Source: Oculina patagonica (taxonomy: Eukaryota). From it: 64,000 bases of DNA. Under the pieces are notes generated by a model, which was not told the origin of the DNA, searched no databases, and worked only from the letters and a program-made list of their open reading frames with translations. Positions within the stretch are counted from its first letter, which is position 1; each line of letters starts with the position of its first letter. This document shows positions 38,600-51,199 of this stretch, in pieces. A program made the translations under genes and the position numbers. Location: assembly GCF_052425735.1 (NCBI RefSeq), contig NC_135761.1, positions 34,844,001-34,908,000 of the forward strand, read 5' to 3'.

Positions 38600-41500
38600 A
38601 CAAAATTAAATGTGTATGTCAAGACTGACCTGAACAAGTGGCAAACTTGATATTTCTCTCGACAGCTGTTTTTTGTCCAGGTTTAACCTTTACTTTAACT
38701 CTATCCCCATAAAAGTTATCAGGGCCATATTATTTTAAGTTCTGCATTGCAATCTGGTAGCGAGCCTATTTCATAGGCCAGGAGTTCAACACTTTTTAAA
38801 ATCTGTTCAGTATTCTGCATCTCTGGCAGTGGACAAGTTTGGAACAAGGCATGTACTGGCAGGGAAACTCGAAGATACTGGCCTTTGGCTTTGGCATACA
38901 GTGCTGAAAGAAATATATACATTGTGGATGTTGTAGGCAGAGACAAAGTCAATTGGCTGCTTGTAGACGGCATGAAGAGTGTTGTGGGCACAGGAAAAGT
39001 ACCTTGGTTGCTGGTTAATGGCATGAAGGATGTTGTAGGCAGAGGCAAAGTCAATTGGCTGCTTGTAGACGACATGAAGGGTGTGGTGGGAAAAGGAAAA
39101 GTACCTTGGCTGCATCTCGCAATGTAACACACACAGACAATGTGAAGTCAAGTCCTCCTGAAGAAAACGTGAGACCTTCTCTTATTCTTAGAAACTCGTC
39201 AAGAGTAAAGAAAAAGGCAACAAAAATGGAAAAATTAAAACCATATTAACAAAACTTGCAAAATGCACATTGTTGTTCACTTGTCATGAAAATCATCTGT
39301 AGTAAAGTTGCATTTGGACTCACAAATACATTGTCAGAACTTACCCACTTTTGTTAGCCTTTGTTTGAAGGAGGTGTTCAAGGCAAATCTCGTGCCTACC
39401 CAAATCACAGCCACAACCCTGGAATAATGTGATAACACAACAAACACTGACAGTTAGCAAGTTTGCAAAACAGTTTGCGTCTGTGAGCACCGTAACATTG
39501 CTTTTCTGTCATTTCTTTCCTTTTGGAAACTCCCGCTTTGATGCTGTCATTTCTTTCCTTTTGGAAACTCCCGCTTTGTTGATAGAAATTTTGCAATAAA
39601 ATGTCTGTGGAAATTTGGTAAAAGCAGTAAACAAAAACTACTGAACAGTTTTGATTAATATAACTTATCTTAAGAGTGATTTCTGATTAAAAACATTTTA
39701 GCATTTTAAGTTCTAGGTTTTCACAGTTTTTTCTTGTTTCCAGACATATGTTTTAAGTTCTTGGGAAGTTTTACACAAGAACAGTATTGCAAGCTTACAT
39801 TTATTATATTCTACTTTTTCAACAACTGAAATATAAACATGCCCTCATTGCTAAACAGAAAACACAAAACTCAACCGCCATTTCTTGACAACCAAGAATA
39901 TAATCACGATCTTCATTCTTCTCCCAAAGCAACAGCAAGCCCTTGTAGTCAGGAGTAACAAACAACATTAAAGGAAAAGAAAGATGTAAGTTTTAGGCAA
40001 AATATGTATTGGAAATTCAAATAAAATGCTATTTTAATAGATGTTTTAAATATTGCAAGTACATTATAACTATTGATAAAAATAATAATAACAAGCAAGA
40101 TGTAGACATTTTATCTTGTATAACTACCTCCCTTCCCCACCCCCTCCAAACACTCTACTGACAACATCTTGAAGTTTAAACATGATTGATAAACACACGA
40201 CTGCAGCCAGTATTCTTGAAGACAGGTACAGCCTTATTAACTTTTTTGTGTCATTATATACATAAATTCAACATAAGCAGTTTTAATGTAACCAACTGTC
40301 ATTCTTCCATTTGTTGAGACCGTCAAACAGCTTTCTCGAGAGGTCCTCTCTGATTAAAGATAAAGGAAGTCAAACAACACTAGATGACCAGAATGTCTTG
40401 AAACTATGGGTTGAATTCAAATCCAATGTTCAAGAAAAAATGTATCTGTACAATTCACAAAAAGAAAACAATTTTTCTCGCATCTGTTCTTTGCAATTGG
40501 CAATAGCCAGAGGGTATACTGACTTAGCACTTTGATTTGACTGGTGTTCGGCATACTTACATTGCTTTTTCTGTGGCTTAAATTTCCCAAGTATTTGTTT
40601 GCAATAGCTAAGAATATCAGCTGTACTTTTGGCTTTTCCCCAGCACTTTGGAATTTACTGCTGTTTGTCATGCGAGATGCACTGACACTTGCTCCTGGTT
40701 GCATCAGGACGTACTGCTGGAGCCTTTTGAGGATGGGTCAGCTCTGGTTCAGGTGTTGTTTGTTGGTTAATTCTGCCATCTGCTACATCTCGTCCAGCGA
40801 TGATTGCTGCATGGAAGTTGCACAGTTGAACCAAGTTGACTGCTGCTGTAAGAGCTTCTTCAGGAATTTTCTTTGGCATAGCCTCTGGCAGTGGACGAGT
40901 TTGGAACAAGGCATGTACTGGCAGGGAAACTCGAAGATACTGGCCTTTGGCTTTGGCATACAGTGCTGAAAGAAATATATACATTGTGGATGTTGTAGGC
41001 AGAGACAAAGTCAATTGGCTGCTTGTAGACGGCATGAAGAGTGTTGTGGGCACAGGAAAAGTACCTTGGTTGCTGGTAATTGGCGTGAAGGATGTTGTAG
41101 GCAGAGGCAAAGTCGATTGGCTGCTTGTAGACGACATGAAGGGTGTGGTATGCAAAGGAAAAGTAGCTTGGCTACATCTCGCAATGTAACACACATAGAC
41201 AATGTGAAGTCAAGTCCTCCTGAGGAAAACGTGAGACCTTCTCTCGTCAAGAGTAAAGAAAAGGCAACAAAAATGAAAAAATTAAAACCATATTAACAAA
41301 ACTTGCAAAATTCACATTGTTGTTCACTTGTCATGAAAAACATCTGTAGTAAAGTTGCATTTGGACTCGCAAATACATTGTCAGAACTTACCCACTTATG
41401 TTAGCCTTTGTTTGAAGGAAAGGTTCAAGGCAAATCTTGTGCCTACCCAAATCACAGCAACAGCCCTGGAATAATGGGTAACACACAAACACTGACAGTT

Positions 41501-42310
41501 AGCAAGTTTGCAAAACAGCTTGCGTCTGAGAGCACCATAACATTGCTTTTCTGTCATTTCTTTCCTTTTGGAAACTCCCGCTTTGTTGATTCTGTCATTT
41601 CTTTCCTTTTGGAAACTCCCGCTTTGTTAATGGAAATTTTGCAATAAAATGTCTGTGGAAATTTGGTAAAAGCAGTAAACAAAAAATACTGAACAGTTTT
41701 GATTAATATAACTCATCTTAAAAGTGATTTCTGATTAAAAACATTTTAGCATTTAAAATTCTAGGTATTCACAGTTTTTTCTGTTTCCAGACATATGTTT
41801 TAAGTTCTTGGGAAATTTTACACATAAACAGTATTGGAAGCTTACATTTATTATATTCTACTTTTTCAACAACTGAAATATAAACATACCCTCATTGCTA
41901 AACAGAAAACACAAAGTTCAACCACAATTCCTTGAGAAGCAAGATTAAAATCATGATCTTCATCCTTCTCCCAAAGCAACAGAAAGCCCTTGTAATCAGG
42001 AGTAACAAACAACATTAAAGGAAAAAAAAGATGTAAGTTTTAGGCAAAATATGTATTGGAAATTCAAATAAAATGCTATTTTAATAGATGTTTTAAATAT
42101 TGCAAGTACATTATAACTATTGATAAAAATAATAATAACAAGCAAAAAACAACCAAGATTTAGACATTTTATCTTGTATAACTACCTCCCTTCCCCACCC
42201 TCTCCTAACACTCTACCGACAACATCTTGAAGTTAAACATGATTGATAAAAACACCACTGCAGCCAGTTTCTTGAAGACAGGTACAACTCATTAACTTCA
42301 TTTATGTGTC
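38600..42310. repeat. Third and fourth copies of the ALHCEMR-exon segment (~38600-40260 and ~40880-42310)
   Basis: Near-identical runs to 27820-29025 and 34860-36065. Both carry a 51-bp minisatellite insert. Confidence 0.85.
38927..39120. repeat. 51-bp minisatellite (ABAB, ~4 units); second copy at ~40989-41180
   Basis: Unit GATGTTGTAGGCAGAGACAAAGTCAATTGGCTGCTTGTAGACGGCATGAAG alternates with a diverged B unit. Confidence 0.85.
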
Positions 42311-42959
42311 ATTATAAGCAATTTTAATGTAACCAATTTAAAAATTGGAAACACAGGAAGCTAGAGCCCGTCCTCGGTGTGACGAGAAAGTCATGAAACA
42401 TACCTGTTTATGAACTTGTACAAGTTTGCAATGAAACAACTGAACCAAAGGATTGAAGAATTAGCAGACTATCATCTTGGACTTTAGAGAACTGCCTACA
42501 TTCGCATGGGATATGATGACAAAGCTGGAACAACAAAGTGATTAAATCAGATCTACCAGTGGAAAACAGCCAGGAATGCACACTAAAAGCTCCCATCATG
42601 ATTCGTCTCAAGATTTCCTTTCAAGTACTGACCAGGAGCACCAACAAGTTCTCGCCGTTGAGATCTTTCGCGAACTTTACTTTAGATGACGGCAATGAAG
42701 TGAAATCTTTGGCGTTTTCATCTGGAAGAAATACAAATGTTCTGCTTGGCTTGTTGCCCGCTCTCCCCTTGCTGGGCGGCTCAGTGCTTCAACCTTTGAC
42801 TTCGACCTTGGTTTTCTCTCCTGTTAAACAATGGACCAAGGTCCCGAAGATTTTCGTTTGATTGATGGTGATTTTCCATTGCTGTAACAACGTCGGTCAT
42901 TATCCGATTGAGTTCCCCGCAAGAAAGGTCAGAATGATCCTCAGACATGACATTTAGTT

Positions 42960-43065
42960 ATCTTCTTAATATTTTTGAATGTCTTTTTATGTCTTTTTAA
43001 ATTTTTAATTTGTACACGGCCCCACAAGCTTTTAGCTTTAAACTTTTTACCATGGTTAAATAAAG

Positions 43066-43133
<68 letters not shown>
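42960..43133 (+). mobile_element. LINE 3' tail ending in (TAT)n
   Basis: AATAAAG followed by about 20 TAT repeats (43068-43133). Confidence 0.5.
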
Positions 43134-43134
<1 letters not shown>

Positions 43135-43325
43135 CAAAAAGTGGTACCTTTGAACTTAACACAAGGTGCTTGTCCTCTACCAAAATGCCATTTTGTTTAA
43201 GTTCATTCTTCCATTTGTTGAGACGGTTAAACAGCTTTCTTAGGTCCTCCCTTTAAAGATAAAGGAAGTCAGACAACACTAGATGACCAGAATGTCTTGA
43301 AACCATGGGTTGAATTCAAATCCAA

Positions 43326-43339
43326 CAATAATAATTTTT

Positions 43340-43392
<53 letters not shown>

Positions 43393-43614
43393 CTTTATTT
43401 ATAGTTGGTGAACACATAACAGTAAAAAAACTGAACAACCAGTGGCCCTCTAATATAAAATACAATTAAGAACTAAAAATGATGGTAAAAATCTAAAAAT
43501 CTAAAATTACAAAATTTAGTTTAAAATACTAAAAACTAGGTAACAATTACTCTAAAATGACGAAAATTGATATAAAAGAACTAACTAAAAGGTAAAATGA
43601 TCTAAATGTTTGTA
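43326..43614 (-). mobile_element. LINE 3' tail with (AAT)n, inserted into a SWIM-protein fragment
   Basis: The sequence GAATTCAAATCCAA|TGTTCAAGAAAA is contiguous at ~40413-40438 but split here by this insert. Confidence 0.6.
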
Positions 43615-43619
43615 TGTTC

Positions 43620-44020
43620 AAGAAAAACATACACCAACTTTGTTTTGACGCTTGATTACCACATAAAGTCTGTGGGGCTCTTCATTCTTCCGCATGCTTC
43701 TAAAGCACTTTGCCCTACTCTTCCTTAGCGAGCTTAACTGTGAAAATGAAAAAAAATATTTGTTTTGACCAGACTCTAAACTTTGATTGCTAGAGAAGGT
43801 ATGAATAACATCGAGCAATGACACTCAAATATGCAGATACAACTGAAAGCTTACATTTAACATCGTGAATATAAGATTTGTGGAAGAATTTATATCCCCT
43901 TGCCAATGTCACCTTCACTGGAAGGTTTTCATTTGCCATTTGTTTGATAAAAGAGTTTGTAAACGATAGAACTTCCACCAGATTGCAGTGCCTAAACTCT
44001 GAAGACGCTAACTGAGCCAT
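43620..44020 (-). pseudogene. N-terminal part of a SWIM/YqaJ-type transposon accessory protein, with an intron
   Basis: TLARGYKFFHKSYIHDVK [intron] RAKCFRSMRKNEEPHRLYVVI. Confidence 0.5.
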
Positions 44021-44334
44021 GATGTTTAAACACGCACGGCCTCACTTTCATGAGAAAAATTGTGACCTTACATCCAGCATGGTGGACTGTGATTAAGGCG
44101 AATTTTGGTACCTTTTTATTTCAGGAGAGCATTTTAACAAGCTATGGCTCCTAAGCTCTTCATGGAAAAATAAATTACGTCTGTCTGTTTCTCCTTGGGA
44201 TTAAAGTTCAAGCCCACTTCCAAATATAGGAAGTGGCCAGTAACCTGATATTCTTCTGCCCCATCCCACCCAACTCCAGTCTTTTAAGCAGAAAAACTAA
44301 TAATCATTCGGAAAACCAACAAATTTGACAAAAT

Positions 44335-45064
44335 CTTACCCCTGTCCTTCCTAGCCTTGTAAGGTTGATAAGGTATTGCCAGAAACGGTCTCAAATTTTG
44401 CTTTTCAGCTTGAAGAGAAGGTATATCCAGTCGGGCATTCTCGTGGTCTGAAGCTTCTCCTCCCACACGCCTTCAGGAATAAGTTGCCAAAGAGATCTCT
44501 GGCATCTCGACCAACTTTTTTGGTCAGAGGACAACACTATCCAAGAACTGAACCAATCGACTCACCTTCAGCATCGCAAACTTTTCTCATCTGTTCCATT
44601 AAGCCCACAGTAGTTTCACGGATCTTGCGTTTTTTAGATATTGGGAAAGGATCTTCATCGGTCCTGAGCTCAGTGATAGTCCACTTCTTTCCAAATTTTG
44701 GTGAGATATCAGGACTTGGCACGCTTTGGGATTTTGGCGGGCATGAAGTGATTGGTAGAGTGGGCCGCAACGACTCGCTGTTTCATTTTCCAGAACTCTT
44801 CTTTTGTTCAACACTTTCTGGTGTGGGTTTCTGTGACGTGCTCTCGACTAATTGTTGTACTTCGTTTTGATGACGGAGACCGAAAGCATTTAGCCACGAC
44901 ACCAATGCTTCAAATTTGTTTGATATGATGAATCGGACGTCCGCTAGTGATTTCTGGCGAAGGAGTCCCACACTAAGCCCAGACGGAGATGCGGCTTTAT
45001 ACATAAGATCCTTTTGAACATGGCGCCATATGGCACAAACACTGCCATAAAGAGGAAAATCCAA
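44335..45064 (-). pseudogene. Unassigned transposase-like N-terminal fragment
   Basis: Disrupted long minus-strand frame ending MPDWIYLLFKLKSKI*DRFWQYLINLTRLGRTG at a GT donor. Confidence 0.35.
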
Positions 45065-46123
45065 TTATTTTCATTGTGAAGCTGTTTTTTGTTTGTTTGT
45101 TTTTTTTATCACAAAATACAGAAAAAAAGAGAGCCTACTTACATTACTTACATGACAATTACCTAGGTTTTTTACATTTCATTGCATTAGAATTACTTAC
45201 ATTCTTGACACTACTTACCCTACATACATTACTTACCATTTCTTTGTTTACACGCCATCAGCCTTTTTTAAACTCCACCTAGATTGAAGAAATCACCAAC
45301 TCCGGATCGAGCGCTCTGGGTTCAAGCTAACAGCATCATAACAGTAACATGCAACAGTTAATAAAAATATCAAAAAGTGTTATTTGTTGCTTTGAGGAAA
45401 TTTGATGTAGAATTTCCTACATTTCTGCACATCAGGATTATTGTCAAGGAAGTGGAGTATGAAAGGCTTGTTTTTGTGATGAATCTCTGTGAAGGGATGC
45501 AACTAAAGAGTCTCCCCAACGCTTGTCCGTTTGGTAAGTTCAGGTTCTTTTGGATTCTGACTTGACGAGACCACATTTAGAAGGAGCTTGGGGTCTTGCT
45601 AATCTTTTTCAGCCTCTTAAGCACACAATCCACTATTTTGTTCACTATCCATTTCCTTTAACCAAAATATGATTTTACTCATTTTTTCTTTTCCTTTTTT
45701 TGATAGCTGCTCTGTTAACTAACAAAGTACACTGTAAATTCAAATAACATGAACATGACATTTTAATGTATTTGTAACAATCACAAACTATCTTAATTTA
45801 TGGACTTTGAAGAGACAGTGAATGTTGAGACCAAAGTCTGGTACTTTGGGCCCAGGGGGGGGGGGGAGGAATTTTTCAAAGCAGGGTGGAGCAGGTTGAG
45901 AAGATAATAAATTCTTGTTTCTCTTAAGAAGCACATAATCATCACTTCATGATCGACTGTGCGAAGAAGACTAAATATAACAAGGAAAATGGAAAGTCTG
46001 CTTTTGAGTGTACATGTATATGCGATTTAATACGGTTTCATGAGGCCAGCAAACTTTGGAAGTAGCTCCCCCCAGTGGAGTGGACTGTTTGTCAGTGTGT
46101 TGGGAAGGTTTTGCTCGTGAGTG

Positions 46124-46320
46124 TCAAGATAAAGTCATGGCACTCCTGCAAGAGGCACAGGGCTCCTTCTCATAAAGGCAGGCAGTTTGGTGCTGGTCCT
46201 CTTCTTTGCAGCAAAATTGATTGCTGTTGTCATTTGGACAAGGCATTAACATTTTGGGGCAAGTATCCCTGTGCTGTTCTTTCTCTGCTTGCTTACCAAA
46301 CCAGGTACAAAAGAATAGGG
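46124..46320 (-). pseudogene. TRAF-type zinc-finger fragment
   Basis: CTWFGKQAEKEQHRDTCPKMLMPCPND...HQTACLYEKEPCASC. Confidence 0.55.
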
Positions 46321-46744
46321 AATTGATATTTATTAAAAGAAATAAAATTAATAAAAAAATTCTTATCTGGAAAATTGTATAATCGCCAGAATTTACAGTT
46401 AAATAAAGGGCAAAATTAATAACTAAGGCTTCTGAGCCTGTTAATTTCTTGAAGTTGTTAAGCAATAACTTGTGCTATTTAGAACAGAGAACAGTAAGTC
46501 CTTTGTCCCTGAGGTCACAATCTAAAGGTGTTAATCTTGTAACCGTCTTTACATTTAATTTTTTTTGTGCATTTCCCTACTTCAGCTGATGGCTTTCATT
46601 GTGAGCTCAGAAGCCAAAGTGCAGAGCAAGTACCCACCAAACAGTTTGCTGCAAAGCTTACCTCTGCCAAAGTTGTCCTCTTTCCCTGCTACTCGCCCTA
46701 TTAGCTACACAAAATCATTTTTATTGAGTGTATATTACCTTGAC

Positions 46745-47210
46745 TTGTCCAGATAAACCTTTCGAAAGAATTTGTTATGTCGTTCTTGTGGCTTTGAGGT
46801 GTTTGGGAGTAATATACTCCGAAGAGAAATCTTTCATGAAGGGGGCCATCACCCACTACAAAGATTCCAGTTTGCTCAAGTCTCATAAGAAAAAGTGTTA
46901 CAACAGAAACAATGTGATCGACTGTCTTGCAAAAAATAATTGTAGATGGTGCATTCCCTTTTTTCTCTTCCAAATGTTTGACGATCCAATTGAAGCAATG
47001 CAATTTGTTCTCTAGTTTGATAATTGAAGCGAATGTTGTCCTTGTTAGGTCTGACCACGATCGGGAACAGGTTGCATTTCATGCCAAGGTATTTTAACAG
47101 GCAATCACACATTTTCTTTGTTAGAAGTTGCAGATAGCCCTAACACTGGTGTGCCAGTTTTCAACAAAGAACACAACTCTGATATAGCACTGAAGACTTC
47201 TCAGGAAAGC
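46745..47210 (-). pseudogene. RecQ-like helicase central fragment (AcademH-like)
   Basis: TPVLGLSATS...RPNKDNIRF...STIIFCKT...VYYSQTPQSHKNDITNSF, corresponding to motifs III-IV. Confidence 0.7.
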
Positions 47211-47584
47211 TGCCTTTCCTTTCTTACCAATTCCCCTGAAGGAAAAGATTCTTAATCAATCCAAAATGGAAACCAGTAATTTACGTACATGTAAGTAAAC
47301 CCCCACGGAATACCACCTAGAACAAATCTTAAAAAGGATATTAGTTCTTTAGGTATATCAAAGTCTGCGTCTTTACTTGCACTAGATGTGTGTTTGTTCG
47401 TTTTCTCTGGGGGTATAAGGCGGCTGTTGGTATTGGTTGGTACTTGGTAGTTGCAGCTGGAAGTAAGGTGGACTGTAAAAACTGTCTGGGTTTTTCGTTT
47501 TTAAAAATTTCCATTTGAGTCACATAGAAAAAACAGTGTGAATTGCATTGTTGTTGGCAGCATTGGGTGGAGATTGTTCGAAGC

Positions 47585-47760
47585 TGTCAGTTCTTACAGG
47601 CTTGAATGCTGTCCAAATGTAGAATTTCTGGAGAAGATGACCCACACGATCTTATGTACGGAATGACTGCGAGCCCCAGTGGTCTTTCTTGCGTGTGCCT
47701 TTCTCTGGTTCTGTCCCTTACGCATTTCTTAAACAGGACATCAGGATACCCGTTTGCTCT
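47585..47760 (-). pseudogene. Penelope-like RT-EN linker fragment
   Basis: RANGYPDVLF...LAVIPYI carries the PLE 'NGYP' and 'IPY' motifs. Confidence 0.55.
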
Positions 47761-48366
47761 ATACACATGACATCAACATTTCAATGCCTACAGAAAACGG
47801 ATGCCTCTTGAACAGCAACTATCAATGTTGTTAAATCAACTACCGATATGCACAAATCAACTATAGATCTATTATGAATTTGACATTGCACTGTCATTAT
47901 GAATCTGCAAAGCAGGGTGACATTTTCACTAACTGTTAAGGCTCTGTCATCAGCATTTTGCTGTTGAATAAGAGTTTATGTTTTAAAGGAACTAAATTGC
48001 CATTTTGAATTAGTCATAGAAGTGTCATGATGTACACTGCCAAACACTTTACTCTTAGCACAAACTGTCAAACTTCTAACAGCAACAATATGAAAGACTA
48101 TGAAATTCAGATCTTTTTAAACAGCGACTTTAAAATTTGCTATGAAATGAACTTTTAACTATCACTATGAAATTGACATTGTGGTGTCATCAATGGACCC
48201 TGCAAAATAATTAACGTTTATCAAAATATAATTTTACTTATACTTTCTTATTTTGCTGTTGAACTTACATAGACTATAAAAAATCACATTCCTCTTTAAC
48301 AGCATTTATGTTTAAAATATGTTGTAACTTCAACCGTTAACTATCATTATGCATTGCATTGTTATC

Positions 48367-48538
48367 CAGGAATGTAGCCAAGGGTCATCTGCTGGCTAAT
48401 TTTACTGGCTGAAATTAAATACAGCAGACATTTCACAGGAAAACAGAGACTAAGGTCGACCTTTTTATTGGCCAAGACCAGAAAAGCCAGCTGGGTTTGT
48501 TGATGAGCCAGCTTAGTGTGCTCTTAGCTACATCCCTG
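48367..48538. mobile_element. Small MITE with CAGG termini
   Basis: CAGGAATGTAGCCAAG / CTTAGCTACATCCCTG form imperfect TIRs. No clean TSD. Confidence 0.6.
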
Positions 48539-48727
48539 ATCATCGTGTACAAATTGATACATATAATGAATTGAACATTGCTGTGTCATCAGGTACACTG
48601 CAGCAGTTAACTGTTTATCACCAACAATAAATGTTCATTAAGAAACATTGTGCAGCCCCATGGTAAACTACTAGTATAAATAAATGAATAGACCAACAAT
48701 TATATTCTAGCTCAACAATGTTCATCT

Positions 48728-49200
48728 TTAGTCCTTCTTTTTGATGGATGTGATGGCTTCAACAGACAACAGGAGCTCAGTAATATTGTCTTCAGTAAAA
48801 CTACTTGAATCTTCAACTTTGTCAGTTGGTTTAAAAATGTTATGCAAAGTAATAACTTTATCCTCAAAAATTGTTAGAGAGACCTGATCTCCATCTTTGA
48901 TGGTGCGTTTGGGACACTTATCTCTTAGCTGTGCACATCCACAATTTGCACAATGAAGAATTCTTTGGTCAATGTTAAACGGAAAGGTAGCATTGCACTT
49001 CTTGCAGGAAAGGTAGCTTGTCACCTTCTCCACCCCATCCACTGGGCAATAAACCGTGGTTATCCATCAGCTGTTCGTCATTTCTTTGGATGGTGATTTG
49101 TGATTGTGAGATCATAGATTGATGGTTTATGGTGATGTTCTTATTGTCATTGAAGCTTTTCACCAGGGCTTGGGTAAGATTGTATCTAAGATTGTATCTA
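48728..49200 (-). pseudogene. RPA70-like C-terminal OB fold with zinc ribbon (Helitron accessory)
   Basis: SYLSCKKCNA...LHCANCG...VSLTIFEDKV...ITELLLS. Confidence 0.6.
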
Positions 49201-51199
49201 AACTTGCTAAATCTGTTTAGCAAGTACAAATTGGTATGTCGGGATCGGAGAGGAGGGGGGGGGGGGGGGGCTACTTAAAAACGTTTTGTACGGGTAAGCT
49301 CTGTCCGACATCGAACCCCTTACCCTTTCTTGGAGATGGGTTGTTTATAAGAGGAGGGCATCTAATACAACCTTTACGCTTCTGGAGGCATTTATTCCTC
49401 AAGAGTCTGCTTGATACAAAGGCCATGGATAATTTCGTGGACAGTTTGTCAACACCAAATCCATTGCATGCCTGTATACATCTAAGCAAATCAACATGAT
49501 TATACCATTGATTATAAATTAGTAAAAAGTAATGCAGTTTCTATGATAAACCATTAACCATTGTGGATAAATACTCTACCACACTGTTCTATCTGGTAAC
49601 AAAAAACCTAATAAACTGAAAATATTTGTATATAATTAAAGCCATAAATTGTATTTTTCATTACATCTGCCATCCTTACATTTGTTTATTTAGAAAGTGG
49701 CAATATCCCTGTTTATTCATAGCTTGCTATTGTAAAGTTGTTATTGCAATGAAAGATTCTTTTCAGAAGATACCCCCGAAGCAGATGTACTCTATTACTC
49801 TGTTTAACACAAATAAATCTGAATATTATGAGTAAAATTGGCTTATGGTATTGATGTTGGTTTTGGCAACTGAATCTACATACCTTTGTACAACGCCAGA
49901 CAGGTGGTTTTGATCTTCTACCAAGCGTCTGTTTATGGACACTTGAAAAGGTTGGAATTTGCTGTCCAAAAATAGATATCTTTGCTGCTCCTTTTGTAAC
50001 ACATGCTAGCACAATCACACATTTCCTGTGCAGCATTTATTACACCATTTCTTACTCTAAAATCAAGACAGGGTGAGACATTTAAAAAAAAAAATTAATT
50101 TTGCATTTTTTTACTAGATAAGCAGACCGCTGCAAAGTATCAGCGGACTTTCGAATCTCCTTGTTGGTATTCATCTTTAAAATAGATGAAGTGCCTTCAA
50201 AGCAGGGCACCATCACCGAAATTGAAAGTTCCACCACTAAAACTTTTTCGTGTGTTTTCCAGAAATTTTGATTTCGAATCGAATGAACTTGGTGGCAAAA
50301 CAATTCTCCTAAAAATTAAAACCAAATTTATAATAAGTTTTATAGGGAAGACTGCTGGCTGCCTTATTGCGATTAATACTCTTTTTCTTTCTCTTCCCCC
50401 TTTACCTTTAAAAAACGTGCTCCAACTGGTAACAGAACTTTGTCAGAGATTGTTTTCCAAGGGCTTGAATAAATACATATTACTCGTTTTGCACTAATTA
50501 TAGATTAAATATCTAACATATTGAGTCCTCCCATTTGTCTGTAAGATATAACTGCAAGACGCTTTACTTAATCTTTCCCATTCCATATAAAATTGTAAAA
50601 AAAGTTTGCCTTTTAAACATGTTTTCTTTCATCATTCAAACTTTCCTGAGCTTTCTTGATGACACTTTCACAAAGACGTTCATTTAGAGCAAGAGGATCA
50701 TCCAATCTTACGAACACACCATAAACTGGATGTAGATCTTGAGCAGCAGTTGGTTTTCTGGAAACTGGAGGTAATAAGCTGTAAACTGCAACTGTTTCAA
50801 CTCGTTTAGTCGCCTAAACCATGGCATCATGCAGGACTACTTGAGATTTGTCTTCCATTATCTCAGTGTCTGAGGAGATTGATTATTCCAAGACAGAGTT
50901 GCCTTGGTCGTCACAGTTTACTGGTTCAGAGTTTGGTGTTGAATGGCCATTTAAGTCCAGGGATAAATTTCCTGCATCATCAACCATGGCATCGTGCAAG
51001 ACTGTCTAAGGCTTGTCCTCCATTATTTCAGTGTCTGAAGAGATAGGTCCAATTATCAGTGGTTCTTCCAAGACAGTGTTGCCAAGGTAGTCACAGTTTA
51101 CTGGTTCAGACTGGTGGTGAATGGCTATTTAAGTCCAGGGATTGATTTCCTGCAACTTCATGTAGCAAGTCAGTGTTTCAAAATGCCCTGGGATGGCAA

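Noticed and set aside
42975-43256. Poly-Leu/poly-Tyr ORF
   Set aside because: It is a translation of a (TAT)n microsatellite.
49260-51150. Minus-strand coding-like remnants and a 2x ~165-bp repeat
   Set aside because: No motif that I can name with confidence.
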